Origin: Hemiscyllium ocellatum
Taxonomy: Eukaryota
DNA: 64,000 bases
Direction: 5' to 3'
Assembly: GCF_020745735.1 (NCBI RefSeq)
Contig: NC_083429.1
Location: forward strand, 45,179,877 to 45,243,876
Part shown: piece after piece, positions 25,801 to 40,077 of the stretch
Layout: the number at the start of each line of letters is the position of its first letter
How positions within the stretch are numbered: the stretch's first letter is position 1
The notes under the pieces: model-generated
The model's database searches: none
What the model saw: the letters and a program-made list of their open reading frames with translations, nothing else
What the model was told of the DNA's origin: nothing
Made by a program: the position numbers and the translations under genes

Positions 25801-28800
25801 TTCACCTCGAGTTTGCACAGACTCGATGGGTCGAAAGGCCTTTTTTGTACTGTATGATTCTATGAACCAATTAGTGTTCTAACCAGAAAATAAGAATCTA
25901 AATTAGACATGGAAGCATTTATATCGCATTTCCTGAGTTGATTTTGAAAGAAGTCTGCTTTATATATGTATATATTTTTGGACAAATTCCACTGTCTTTT
26001 TGCCTGGTATTTCTTGTTGCCTAAAGTGGGAGTATCAATGCTGCTTAGCGATTCCTGGTTCGTTTTGGCCATTCTTCATCTCGAGTTTTGTTAATGCAGA
26101 GTTGAGAGTTAAGCTCATTTCAGAATGAGAACGATGGTGGAAAGAAATACACATGACATGATTCTGAAGCTTTTGTAGAATTTCTTGAGGTTGAACTGAA
26201 AGTATTCAGATTGTTTGTTCTTGATATTTTCCTCCTGTCTTTCTGGAGCTGCGGACCCATAACTGCAGGAGAGAGAAGTGATGGGGATAAATCTTGTCTG
26301 ACAAAGTGGAATACATTAATGTTGGGTATTTATTCAGCTTTTAGTGAGTTTGATGGGATTTCCTCCTAAGTAACATCATGGAGTAATAATGAACTCCTCT
26401 ACACATACTACAAGCTGGTGTGCATGCCCTTCTATGTTTAAGCAGTTTTAGACATTGTACAGTGCTGTTGTTATGCTTGACCCAGGGTGATTCGTACTGT
26501 CTGGCTTAAAAACACACAACCTAATTATACTGGAATGGTAATAAACAAATGGGGAACCTAACAAGCAAAACATGAATTTCATTTAGTCTAAATGGCTCTT
26601 ATGGTCAACATTTTGCTATTTGTTTTATCTAACATACAGTACTTGTTAGGAATCATTCAAGGCAAAAACAATTTAGGAGGGACCTATGGGCAACATTTTC
26701 ATGCAGGGGGTGGTGTGTATATGGAAAGGCTGGTACAATTGCAGCATTTAAAAGGCATCTGGATGGGTATATGATTAGGAAGGGTTTAGAGGGATATGGG
26801 CCAAGTGCAGGCAAATGGGATTAGATTAGGTTGGGATATGGTCGGTATGAATGAGTTGGATCAAAGGGTCTGTTTCCGTGCTGTACATCTCTGACCCTGA
26901 TTCTTTAACTGAGTGGCAATATTTGAGTGCACATATATCGATCAATAAAAATTCGAGAATTTAGTGTATTGAATATTTCACAATGTTTTCAGTGGAATAA
27001 CATTAAGAATAACTTTGTACCTGATGTACAAAGTTTAATTTTTAAAATACTATGCAATGTACTCCTCCACAGTGTTGGCTTCAGTTCTGAAGTTACCAAG
27101 AAAGGTAATAGAGAAATTAGCCATTTTTTTCCCCCTTTTATATCGTTGTTCCTCCAAACTCGTTTCCGGATGGATACTGACCTGAGGGTATCTCTTGGCT
27201 GTGGGGTTGGGGAGAACCATTGAGCTTCCTTTGGCCATCATCAAGCACAGTCCACTTTCAGTGCAGAGTAGGCACCTAAACTAACGCGTGCAGCATCTGG
27301 TAACTCTCATAGGAAAGCTTTCCAGAACGAGGGCCAGAAAAATTCATCACAACTATGGCATGCAGACTGAAGTGGCAGGCAACGAGATCTTACTGCTGTT
27401 CCATCAGCTACCACTTGAATTTTCGCCAGACATTTTGAAAAAGAAATATCAGGTTAACAACGATTTATTTTCTTTGAAGAAGGAGAAGGAAGAGAAACAC
27501 CAACAACTTTAATAAATTGCAATCTATGATAGATGGTGTTTTTACTTTTAAATAAATACCTTGGTTGATCAATTTTTTTTTAAAAACCTCTAAAATTTGG
27601 CTCTGGTTTATATGTATACTTGTGTATATACAGATGTCTCTATGAATAACTACATCTTTGCTTGTGCTACTTAGAGGTGCAGCAAGATATTCCGATGTAA
27701 AATAAATTATTTTGCTGTGGGTCCTTCATGCTTTTGTTTTTGAGAATTGAGTTTTCAAAATAGTCAAAGTTTTATCCCTTTGGTTCTGTAATGTTGCCAG
27801 CAAATTGTATGGTACTAACCACAATACTGTGACAGAAACTAAAGGCAATAAAGTTTATCAAAGCAAAACTGGCAGAGTATGTTCTTTATGGAGTGACCGA
27901 AGTATTACTTTAAAATGAACATTTGAAATGTGCAAGTTGAATACAATTTAAGCATGTGGTTCTCCATTTCTCAGAGTTCATAATGGGGCTCCAATAGACC
28001 ATCTTTGTTTACAGATTCTTAACAGTGATTTGAGTTACTGGGCTGTAGGCACAGATTTACATGATTCAATGTAATCTGTTGACTTTGGAGGCAAAGTAAG
28101 TACTGTTAACCTCAAAAAATATCCAACGATGTTTATGCTGAGAATTTTCACCCTCCACTGTGTAGCAGGTCCTAACAATCTTTAATGGTAATTTGCCATG
28201 TCGTGCTGGAGTTATATAGCAAGCTAACCAAGCAGCAGTCACGATAAAGAATTCTCACAGCCCAACAATCTACTAAAATCAATTATCTTTAAAAATTGGA
28301 TTGAGAGGTTAGACTCTGAAGTATCATGAAACCATTTTAAAGCTCAGGAATTAAGACATTTTATGACTTCCAAAAATATAAAATTATTGCCTCCACACCA
28401 GATCTGTTATTCAACGATAGTTATTAGACAGATCCCCAATTGAAAACCTGGTTATACCCGATTGAAAGGTGTCACATTTCATGGGGCTTCTTAGAGGAAT
28501 GTTATAGAGTCAAACAATGTGGAAATAGACTCTTCGGTCCAACCAGTCCATGCCCAACGTAATCCCAAACTAAACTAGTCCCACCTGCCTGATCCTGACC
28601 TACATCCCTCCAAACCTTTCCTATTCATGTACTTATCTAAATGTCTTTTAAATGTTGTAATTGTACCCACATCCACCACTTCTTCTGGAAGTTCATTCCA
28701 CACATTTACTGATAACTGGCTCTGGGCAGAGGTATACACAGAACAGTGAGTGACAGAATGTATATGTTAATCTCCACTTGGGCAAGTGCTGAAATTGTCA

Positions 28801-29254
28801 GTTTCAGATGGATTAAAAATCTCACAAGAGCCAATGTCAAAAGAAACCTCATACTTCATGAGCAGAGTGGAATCACAAGTGGCAAATAACATTTGCCCCA
28901 CACAAGTGCCATGTAATATGCACCTCCAGCAAGAAATTGTTTAACCGCATCCACTTCATTTACAACTTCATTTAAGAAACTCTTAACTGGAATAGTCCCC
29001 TAAATGTATTAGCCACTTAAATTAGTCAGCTTATGGGTACTTTCCAAGAATAATTGAGCTCCTAATTCTCCAACGATTCAAAAGTGACAATGTTCATTTC
29101 AATTATAATGTAAAGTTCAGGGCTAGTCCTCCTGGACAAGTGCAGCTGCTACAACATTTAAAACCCTTAACAACAGCCCAGGTCATTAATGAGATGCCGT
29201 CAGCAGCAAGTCTCACCTCTGTTTTTATTGTGGGGTGTGGATGTCACTGGCTTG

Positions 29255-29645
29255 GCTAGTGGGTTGTTCTCTCAGCTGGGGATTTGGATGGCGGACATTT
29301 TATCCCCATTCTAGGTGACATCCTCAGTGCTGTGGACCCTCCTGTGAAGTGCTGCCGTACTGTGTCGGTTAGAACTTATTTGGTTTCATTCCCATTGCTT
29401 CCGGTTGCCGATTCCATTTGGTCATTGCAGTGGTCGGTGGTTCATTGCCTATTGGATCTAGGCCAATGAATTGGTTCATGGATAAGTGCCACACTTCTGG
29501 GAATTCTCTGGTTGTCCTCTGTTTGGCTTGACCTATTATTGTTGTGTTATCCCAGTCAAATTTGTGGTCCTTCTCAAATTTGTGTGTATAGATACCAGGG
29601 ACAGCTGGTCGTGGCGTTTAGTGGCTAATTGATGTTCATGGATGC
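29255..29645 (-). mobile_element. 3' fragment of a third Penelope-like family (Poseidon/Penelope-type endonuclease tail) with a decayed hammerhead
   Basis: The reverse strand reads HEHQLATKRHDQLSLVSIHT...HKFDWDNTTIIGQAKQRTTREF (frameshifted), followed by a CUGAGGA-stem-AAAAUGUC motif. Confidence 0.68.
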
Positions 29646-29704
29646 AGATCACTAGTTGTCATACTCACAATTGCAACTGCACTCGAGCTACAAGTCTTTA
29701 CAAA

Positions 29705-31170
29705 ACCTTAATTTATTTCCTGTCCCTAGTTGCCCTTGAGGTGATAGTGAGCTCCTTCTTGAACTGCTGCAATCCATGTGTTGTAGGTAGACCCACAATG
29801 CTGTTGGAGAGGAAATTCCAGGATTTTGACCTAGCAACATTCAAGGAACAGCAATATGATTTCAAATCAGGATGGTGAGTGACTTGGAAGGGAACTTGCA
29901 GGTGGTGGTATTTGCATTTATATCTGCTTCCTTTGTCTTTCTGGGTGGCAGTGGTACACATTTTGGAAGGTGCTGTTTAATAGCCTTGGTGAAGTTCTGC
30001 AGTGCATCTTGTACATAGCATACACTGCCGCTACTGAGTGTTGGTGGTGGAGAGAGTGGAAGTTTATGGGTGTGGGGGCAATCACGCAGGCTGCTTTGTC
30101 CCAGATGGTATCAAGCTTCCCTAACTGAATAGTCTCATTGATTGTGTTTCCTAATAACAAGTATAAAATGCTGCATCTGCATTATTATTATAATATTACT
30201 CCAAACCTCTTAATCCACCCTTGAAAATAATCACAGAATCGAGAACCAGATGGCCTGATTCATCACACAGCCACTTATTCTGGAACTAGTTATAAATGTA
30301 GCATTAGCATACCATCATGATAATGTTTCAGTCAATTCAGTTAACTGTTGTGTTGTCAATGTGCTCATTCAAATAGTGATGGTTACCAATCGAATTTCTC
30401 TCAATGATTGTTTGATAGAGCAAGAAGCTTGCAAAGACTAGTAACCTGAAACGTCAAAAAATGCAAAATGCTGACAGCATCTGAAAAGAGAATTGATGAA
30501 GACTTATTTCTTTTTATCAGACATATTTCTGATGTCGCAGTGTTTTCTTTTGCAAATCCTACAAAATGCTGGAAAGTCATGAATGATGGTGTCAAGCTTC
30601 GGGAATATTGTTGGAGTTGACTCACCCAGTCAAGTGGGTGCATTCCCGACTTGTGCTTACAGGCAGCAGGCTTTGGGGAGTTCAGGGCTGAGTTACTCAA
30701 TGCAGGATTTATAACCTCTGACCTGTTTTTCTAACTATTCATATAGCTAGTCTGGTTCAGTTTCTGGTCAATGGTATTCCCCAGGATGTTAATAGTGGGA
30801 GTCTCAGGGATGGTAATGCCTCTGAAAGACAAATGGCAATGGTTAGTTTCTGTCTTGTTGGAGACAGTCATGGTCTGATATTTGTGTGACTCAAATGTTA
30901 ATTGCCACTTGATAGTCCAAAACTGGATATTGTCCAGGACTTGCTTTATTTGAGCATGGACTGCTTCAATATCTGAGGAGTTGCAAATAGTTCTGAACAT
31001 TGGTGAACATCCCCACTTCTGACTTTATGATGGAGGGAACGTCATTAATGAAGCAGCTAAAGATGGTTGGGTCTGGGACACTGCCCTGAGGAAATGCTGC
31101 GGAGACATCCTGGTGCTGTGATGACTGATTTCCAACAATGGCAACCATCTCCCTCGTACCAAGTATGACT
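29705..31170 (-). mobile_element. Fragments of an L2/CR1-superfamily LINE (29705-30125 and 30585-31170; related piece on + at ~58790-59060)
   Basis: RT motif remnant PQGSVPDPTIFSCFINDVPSII. Confidence 0.68.
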
Positions 31171-33090
31171 CCAACAGAAGATTATCCCTTGGTAATTGAT
31201 AAATTAACCAAACATAGACAGTGAGCTATGAACTTCTGTCATAGTAGAAGGTTTGGAGCTTGTATGCATGAAGGATCATAGCAAGGATAAAGGTATCCCA
31301 CTCGTATTGCTTGTCATTACAGATGCCCCAAGCATCCTTTTGTGTTAATATTTGCGCATGAAGTGAGAGGCCCTTTAAAATTAATGAAGAAAAAATTGAC
31401 AGGATCATAGCAACTCTTCCTTTCCTGATTCCCCTGCCCCCACACTCCCTGAACCCTCCAAAATATTTCTGATTCCTGTCAGTTAAGAACATGTGCACCA
31501 CTTACCAAAAATGCAGGAAAGAGATCAATCATTCAATGTGAAATGAAAAGTTAACAGTCCGAATAGAATATTTCTTTTAATTTTTCATCTTATTTAGAGT
31601 CATAGAGTTACACAGCACAGAACCAGATCTTTTGATTCAAGTCGTCCATGCCAACCAGATATCCCAAATTAATCTAGTCCCATTTGCCATAATACATGGG
31701 TTAATTTAGCCTTTAAAAATCCCTTAACAATGGCTTATCCTGACACAAATTCCCAGGATCTCTGGGAGCCCATATAAAAGCTCAGTGAAACCTTTCCACA
31801 AAAATCATACAAACTGTGACCCTCCACCACCACTCCCCCAAGTCTGGCAGCCCATCTTTTCAAAGCCCCAGGTATCTCAGACCCATTTTGAATTTCAAGA
31901 AAGACCATTGACTAAAAATGATAACTTTGTTTCTCGCTCCTCAGATGCTCGCAGCCCTGCTGAGTATTTTCAAGTTTCCAATTTTACTTCTGATTTCCAG
32001 CATCCACAATATTTTGATTCTGTTTTTTAGTTACTGATTTATCCTCTTTGAGTTTGTGGATCTGGAGGTTTGGAAGTGGTTACTCTTAGTGGTGGATGGA
32101 TGTTAAACTGGAATACAAATAACAAAGAACAATATACACATGAACAGGCTCTATGGCCCTCCAAGTCTGCGCTGACATATTTTGCCCTTCCATACTAAAA
32201 CTGTCTTCACTCACAGGATCTATATCCCTCTATTCCCTTCCTATTGATGTATTCGTCCAGGAGCTTCTTGAATGCTGCTATTGTATCTGCTTCCACCACC
32301 TCCTCTAGCAGCATATTCCAGGCACTCACTAACCCTTTGTGCAAAAACTTGTTTCGTACTTCTATTTTAAACTCCATCCCCTACCCCCGCACCTTGAACC
32401 TGTGTCTGTGTGATTCTCCATCTGCCGTTTTTCCGCCTATGCCTGCAACTGATCTATATCCTGCTGTGTATCCTCTGACAATCCTCCTCAGTATCGGCAA
32501 CTCCACCAATCGTCGTAGATCAGGTGTACCTGCCACTTGAGATAGATATTCACATCACCACCTCAACTCTGTAAACCGACTGTGATCTTCCTGCACATCT
32601 GGCATGGGTTCTGCACTATGTTAGTTCATTCACCATTTCATTTCCCTCAGAAAGAATAGGAATTTCTTTAAAAGGGTTTTAAAAATTTACTGCAAGTGTT
32701 ATAGGAAATGCAGATGATAAGAAAGCTTTGTATTCCAGTTAATGTTCTTTTTTGCTTCACAGAACTAACCACACAGTTTAATCAGATTAGTTTCTCTTCA
32801 AATGCATGTTATCTTTGTGAACAGTACCTCCTCTTTCGCAAATAACTTATTTTTTGATTGTCAGTACCTTGTCTTAATTATTGTTGCTTTAATTTCAGAT
32901 TTCTGGTAACTTATGTTTCACCTGTTTGAATCTTGCCCATTTATATATGAGCATCTTAACGTGTTCATACCTAATCTCCTTTATTCAAAAATCACCACAG
33001 ATCAGTCACACAGTCCAAAGGTGCAAGGTTGAGCTGAAAATGTGTTGCTGGAAAAGCGCAGCAGGTCAGGCAGCATCCAAGGAGCAGGAG

Positions 33091-33125
33091 AATTGACGTT
33101 TCGGGCATGAGCCCTTCTTCAGGAA
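33091..33125 (-). ncRNA. Minimal hammerhead motif (family A), core intact
   Basis: Reverse strand TTC-CTGAAGA-A-GGGC TCAT GCCC-GAAACGTC-AATT. Confidence 0.68.
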
Positions 33126-35094
33126 AGGTGCAAGGTGCCTTCTTAGAACGTACCTAGTGGCCTTTCTGAGTTCATAGAATCCTTACAGTGTGGAAGCAGG
33201 CCATTCAACTCATCAGGTGTACACCAACCCTCTGAAGAACATCCCATACAGACCCACCACCCCCTTCCCTATGACCCTGCCTTTCCCATAGCCGATCCAT
33301 CTAAACAGCAGATAAAACCAGGAATGATCTGAATGATCAGAAATCAAATGTGTTCTCCCAAATGTGAATCATCGTTTCTATAGTTCTGATACAGATGAAG
33401 TAATGAGAACAACCCTAGGCTCAACCTCATATACGGTAAGTTTGATACATACATATGTTATTTTAACATTGAAAGCTCTGTGTTCTGTAGATGCCCTGTA
33501 GCCATATCTTCAGTTTATGAGCTTATACCAGTGTGAAGTCCAATAGGATTTAAAGTAACATTGTCATTGGCTTTGTACCAACATTATCCTTGTGTAAACA
33601 CTCATCTAGGCATTCTAGCAACCAGCCAACTCATCATGCCTCTGCTCATGATAAGTACTAACTCACCCTTTCTCTTCGTATAACCTGGGATTTTACCACA
33701 GCCCTAACTTTTCAGTGATACTTTGATTCATTTTCAGAACAGTCACTTGGCTAAAATTCATTCCTTGATGTGAGTAAAACTTCGAGAAATCTGTCCAGAT
33801 CCAGAATTGAAACCAACAGCTCCTTTTGGAATCCCCCAATGGTACACAACAAGGAACAAGCAGCTGAAAATTTGGCCTCTTAAGCCAGCCCTAACATTCA
33901 ACATTCACACATGACATTCTATCCCAGTTGTGAGGAAAATACAGAAGATTGGCAATTGCCAATGATGGTGATGTTGCAGCCATGGGCACATTAGTGGAAC
34001 ATCCAAACTTGCATGTGGTGTAGTTTACATCACTCACCAATACAATGTCCAGCATTTAGGGACATTTACAAGCTAAGAGGACATTGGACTAAAATGTGTA
34101 CCATATGGTACAGTACACACAAGATATTCTAACTGCTTACTACCAGTCTGACAGCACATGCATCAGCATTATCCATCTCAAATGCCGATACGAGTCCTTG
34201 GGATGGACATGAGACACTTCACATTGTAGAAACAGATGGACCTTTTTACAACCAATATTACAGATCAACACACTCTCACGAACTATGGGTAACAAACCTC
34301 ATCACTTGCAACACCAAAGATTTCAGACTGTAATATCAATCTCATTCATTCTGAGCACAACCAAGGAGAATATACACTCCTTCTGGTTTTTCAGAGGTGA
34401 ATTAAGACTCTCCAAGAAAGCAATTTACACCAGTCTCAATACTCAGACAAAGCATGATTCCTGATCTGTCTTAAATAGACAACCCTTTATTTCAAGCCTA
34501 AAATCCCTAATTCTAGAATCTCCCACATAAGGAACCATCCTTTCCACATCCACCTGGTTAAATGCCTTCAGGATCTTATATGTTCAATTAAGTCACCTCT
34601 GGCTCTTCAAAGCTCCAAGTGAAACTGGGTCCAGCCTGCCTAGAATTTCCTCATAAGGCAGTCAGCTCATTCCAGCTGAGAGCCTAGTAAACTTTCTCTG
34701 GACTGCTTCCTATGAACTAGCATCCTTAAGTATAGTAACCAATACTGTCTATAGTACTCCAGATACGGTCTCAGCAATGGCCTGTATATCTGCGCATAAC
34801 CTCACTACTCTTACATTCTATACCAGTCACACAAAAAAAACATAGCATGGTTTATTTTCTGATGAAAGGTCCAAACCCAAAACACTATGTTCCTGCTCCT
34901 CCAATGCCACCTGACCTGCTACGCCTTTCCGGCTCTACATTTTATCAACTCTGACTTCCAGCATCCACAGTCCTTGCTATCTCCAAACACTATCTGTTAG
35001 GTTTTTTGATTACTTGTGGTACTTTGATAATAACCTTCTGCAATTCGTGCACTAGGAAACCCAGACCTTAGATTACAGGAAACTCCTCTAAATA

Positions 35095-35490
35095 ATGCAA
35101 AATGGTAGCTCAGTGGTTAGCACTGCTGTCTCACAGCACCGGGAACCTAGGTTTATATTCAACCCTCAGGTGACTGTCCGTGTGGAATTTGCACATTCGC
35201 TCCATGTCTGCATGGATTCCCTTAGTGCTCTGGTTTCCTTCCACAGTCCAGAAACATGCAGATTAGATGGATTCATTATGGGAAAGGCAGGGTCATGGTG
35301 GTGGTGGTGGGTCTGTATGGGATGTTCTTTGGCAGATTTGGTGGATTGGCTACACTAAATTGCTCATAGTATCTAAGGATGTGCAAGCTAGGTGGATTAG
35401 TCATGGGAAATGCAGAGTTACAGGGATAGAGTAAGGGAGTGGGTCTGGGTGGGATGCTCTTCAGAGGATTGGTATGGCCTACTTCCACAC
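35095..35490 (+). mobile_element. HE1-type V-SINE (diverged, duplicated 3' part)
   Basis: A box and V-domain remnants. Confidence 0.75.
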
Positions 35491-36893
35491 TGAAGCAAAG
35501 CCATGAAATAACATAATAATCTGTTTTCATGCTGTTGCTGGAACATAATATTGACCAGGATGAACTCCCGCACTCTTTGAAATATCATGGTAACATCCTC
35601 CTCAGAAAGCAGACAAGGCATGTGTTTAATGGCTAACTTGAAAGCTCCCACAACCAACAATGCAGCAGTTGATATTCAAGTAAGACTTTTGTGCTCTAAC
35701 TAGTGACTTTGATCTTCCTCTCACTGCTGTGGATATCCTGAGGAGTGAAGAGCTAATAAATTAAACTTCCTTTTACTCTACAGCAGAGTTTCCAAAATAA
35801 ACAGGATGCTCTCAAAGTGTCACTGAAAAATAATCATAGCTTCTAAAGAGAGAAGCTGACAGTTAAAAAAAAGGAAAGTGCAAGGAAATTAATCAGTCAT
35901 TGCTAAAGTGTAACTTTGCCCAAGAAGGTAATTAATGCCACAACCAATTGCTTTAATTAGAAAGAAAGGAGTTAATAAAGTCTGTTCTTCAAAAGGAAGT
36001 TACAGAAAGTTTTCAAATTATTGAGGGAATAACGTGAGTAGAAATGTGTTGTTTGCATGAATATTGATGTTTTTCAAAAGGATTTCAGGAATAGATACAT
36101 GAACTATTAGGCGAGATAAAGCAAATGTATAAATGTGTATGGTTTTTCAGATGGCATGTGTTATTAAGTCAACCAACCAATGTTTTGCATTCATTCAAAA
36201 TCAGTTATGAGCCACAGAAGGAAGGAGGTTGATGGACAACAGCTTGTAGAATTTACAACCCTGCACAAAGCTTTTACATGTGGAATTAAAAAAGGTTTTG
36301 TTTGAACACTTCTCTCTGTCATACACACACCCCTTAATGCCATTTCCTCCAATGTGAACCTGGACTCTGCAGTTAGTGGCTTTAGTCTCTGTCAGAGTCA
36401 CAGGTGGGTTTAAGACCCATTCTCACGTGGATGGAAAAACATTCCAGCGGGAGAGAAGGGGTACTTTTAGCCTCCCAAATGGGCCAACATTTATTCCTCA
36501 AATTGTCACATTGTTACACAGGAAAAGTGCAAGGAAATAAGTGCAAGAACACATTCACTATCAGGCAATGTGTTGCTGTTTGTGGAATCTTGCCCTGTCC
36601 AAATTAAATGTGTAGAAAGTATCGCAGTTATTTCAAAGAATTACCTCAGTGGGAGCTTGTGCAATAGCTCCCTTATTGCAAATTACTTTTTCTCCTTAAA
36701 TTAAAAATGCAATAGTTACGATAGGTGGCAAATAATTCAGTAATTCCATGCATCTTTCGCCACAATCACTACGTTGGTCAGCCCATTAAACAGCAGAGAC
36801 TGGAATGAGCAAATCTCTCACATCAACATTTAAAGTGTCAAATTCACTACCTGATGATTAATAAAGATGTCATCAATTCTCCATCTCAAAACT

Positions 36894-37861
36894 TTTATTT
36901 AAGTTGTTATGGTTTCAAATGACAAATGTACAAAATTTAGGGCTAAAAGATTCAGAATTTGTTTAACAAAAATAATGTACAACAGACTTAGAGTAATTTT
37001 CAAAAGAGGACATTTTATACAAGATTTGTTTTAGAAACTTGCACTTCTGACCATAAATGGATCCATTCCATCAGGAAATCTGCTTTAAAAATTAGCCCCA
37101 CTAATTCTACACACAGTCATTTACTGCTCCCAACAGATACAGTTGTTGCTTAGCATCAGAGTTGCATGTTGCAAGTCGTCCTTTCTTTCCCCACTCCTTG
37201 TGCAAGTTATCGTTAAAATATTTCACTTCTAATAGTAAACATGGACAATTTTTGGAAATCAAAGAGTTTACCAGCAAGTAAACAACCACCCCACACACAG
37301 TGTCCATGATGAGCAAGAGGGTGAATTTTGGAAGGTAACCATCAAACGCAAAGTAAACAACAAAAAACAATTTTTAAAAAATAAAAAAAACGTCATTGGA
37401 ATGGCAATGTAATCATTTCACTAGTTTGCTTTGAATTCCTTTGGCCATTTACACAGAAAACATTTAAATTTTTATTAGTTTATTGAAATTCATGTTTTGC
37501 TCACTTATTCAAATGCCTTTCAAATGGTGATGACTGGTTTCAAACATTGTGTAGTTTCTTCTTTTTTTTTTAAGAAATACATAACGTACATTTTTAGTAA
37601 CGAAGCAGATCAACAGTGACAAAAAAAAACAAAGCAGACTGGTTAAGCCATATGAACAATAAGCTTTGCCAACATGCTCTATTACACTTGCACAATTTCA
37701 CAAAGATGGTTGAAATGACAAGTTAGCCATGTGACATACAGTCCTTGGCAACCCAGAGTGGGTATGTAGATTTTTTTTTGTCTTGCAAATAATTCCAAAT
37801 TACAGCCCATATCCAAAAAGGGGTCTAAAAACACAAAACTGTTGTAAGAAATGCATTTATT
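36894..37861 (-). terminator. Candidate TAGLN polyadenylation signals (AATAAA on - at 37856-37861, 37479-37484, 37471-37476, 36894-36899)
   Basis: Hexamers in an AT-rich, repeat-free stretch downstream of the stop codon. Which ones are used is unknown. Confidence 0.45.
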
Positions 37862-38028
37862 TTAAAACTGCCAAATAATAAATAACCACTACTCATGTCT
37901 ATCTCACAATTTAGGTCATGGAAGGTTTAGTGTTATGAGCTGTTTGGATCATTGACTTCAAAAAAAAAGATAAATTCATGCTTTAGAGAGAGGAAAAAAA
38001 GAAGAGAAAGATCCATCAGTATTGTTAT

Positions 38029-38202
<174 letters not shown>

Positions 38203-39035
38203 TTATAGCTGATAAAACACAGACTCAAGGAAGCTCCAACACAAAAAAGAACAATTCCAAAAAAACAACCCTCCGCAATTTAATGGAACTGTTCTCTGAA
38301 CAATTTTGAATTGAAGCAAATTAAAATCCAATCCAAAAAAAAAGACACCAAGACACATTACTGTTCAGGCTAATGCAGGTTACAGATTGTAAAATAAAGT
38401 TTAATTAGACCTTCACCTCAATCCCAAAAAACAAAAAAAAAAATACAAATGAAAAATTACTAGAAAAATGAGCAAAGCAAAGTCATGTCACAGCTACTGC
38501 TAACAAACTATCCTGCAGTCTGGATTCAACTCGCTTTAATTTGTACTTGCTGTGAGCAGGCAGACGACAGAGTCTGAAGTAAAAGGAAACCCTTTACACA
38601 CTGTAAAAAAGGTTTGCCCCATGCCTGACCCACACCAACTGGAATCTAGTTGAACAAGAAAGCTGAGGCTAGATCACTCAGCACCCAGAGATTTGGTGTC
38701 TCAATGTTTTTAAACATTGCAAAAACAAAAATAAAAAATAAACACTTTTACACTGGTTTAAGATTTGGACAACTGCAAATGTGTTGCTGGTCAAAGCACA
38801 GCAGGTTAGGCAGCATCTCAGGAATAGAGAATTCGACGTTTCGAGCATAACCCAAGATAGGTGTGCTGAGACATATTCAGAGTAAAACACACAATGCAGG
38901 AGAAAACCAGGTTAATACTGGCTGTGCGGTTTAATTAGGGCTGAATATGGTGTATGAAGGCTGTACAATGACTTTCATGTAATTCACCACTTGGGATTGT
39001 TATGCTGAAGCTCTCTTTTTTCCCCCAGTTGCAGG

Positions 39036-39167
39036 TGCAATGACTGGAATGCGGTCAGTGAGGTAGACATTATAGAATGAGTTCCTTGATTAGACCAAGT
39101 TAACTGCCCCAAGCAGGGAACTCATTTCTTTGAGACCCACCTGGCGAACCTCATTCCAATCATTACA
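39036..39167. mobile_element. 132-bp palindromic element built from the same LTR end, in the last TAGLN intron
   Basis: TG...CA ends, TSD GCAGG (39031-39035 and 39168-39172). Both arms resemble the 59274 end of the solo LTR. Confidence 0.62.
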
Positions 39168-39924
39168 GCAGGCTACAGAAATAATAAAGTAACAATTACT
39201 GCTAATTTCCTAATGCAAAAGTAGTAAAAATATCTACTCAGTAAAACTAATCTTACGTCAACCTACAAGTTTACGCTGGTTGGTTATCTTGTCACAAGAT
39301 CTGGAATACATTAAAGTGATCATGATCAATAAACCATTTAAACAGCAAACAATGTGTTCCCACAAACGTCAAAGATTTCAAATCTAGTTCGAGACAATTG
39401 AAAACCAGGGATATGGGGATATTGGAAGGCCAGAGACAGCGTGAAAGTTTGCTTTGAAAATGCAGATTCAATTTCTGTTGCTACAAAAAGATTAAAGAAA
39501 TATCAATTACACATTTTAGTTTAACTTTAACCAATTTCCAACTTTGTGGTGCAAATTAACAGTGCATGCTATTATTTTTGGTTGTGAACTCATGGAGTGT
39601 TTAAATGAAATAATTCACCCAGTAATCAGATCAAAAGATAGCAAAGAGTGCTGCTGCTAATATCTTGATTAATGCATACCAAGATTAATCAGTAATAAAA
39701 CTTATTCTTGCAAACTCTTGTTATGATTTAAGAGGAATATACTTGGTTACAAACTCCATAAACTCCTCAATTTCCACATTCATGGGAGAACATACCCTCA
39801 CCTCTACCTCACTGGAGAAGTTGTTAGTCAAATATTTGCTCCCTCAACTGTTCATTTCCCCTGATTGTAGCTGTCATGACAACACGCCTGCTGCAGTTGA
39901 CCATAATTGGGACATGCCTACTCA

Positions 39925-40077
<153 letters not shown>

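Noticed and set aside
27050-27512. Short ORFs in unique sequence between the genes
   Set aside because: No recognised homology and lengths are within chance expectation.
31890-32030. Possible fourth ribozyme-bearing pLTR family (also ~49800-50045, 55020-55210, 58530-58700)
   Set aside because: Shares the CAGATGCTG...CCTGCTGAG...CCAGCA body, but the core is too decayed in these copies to call a hammerhead.
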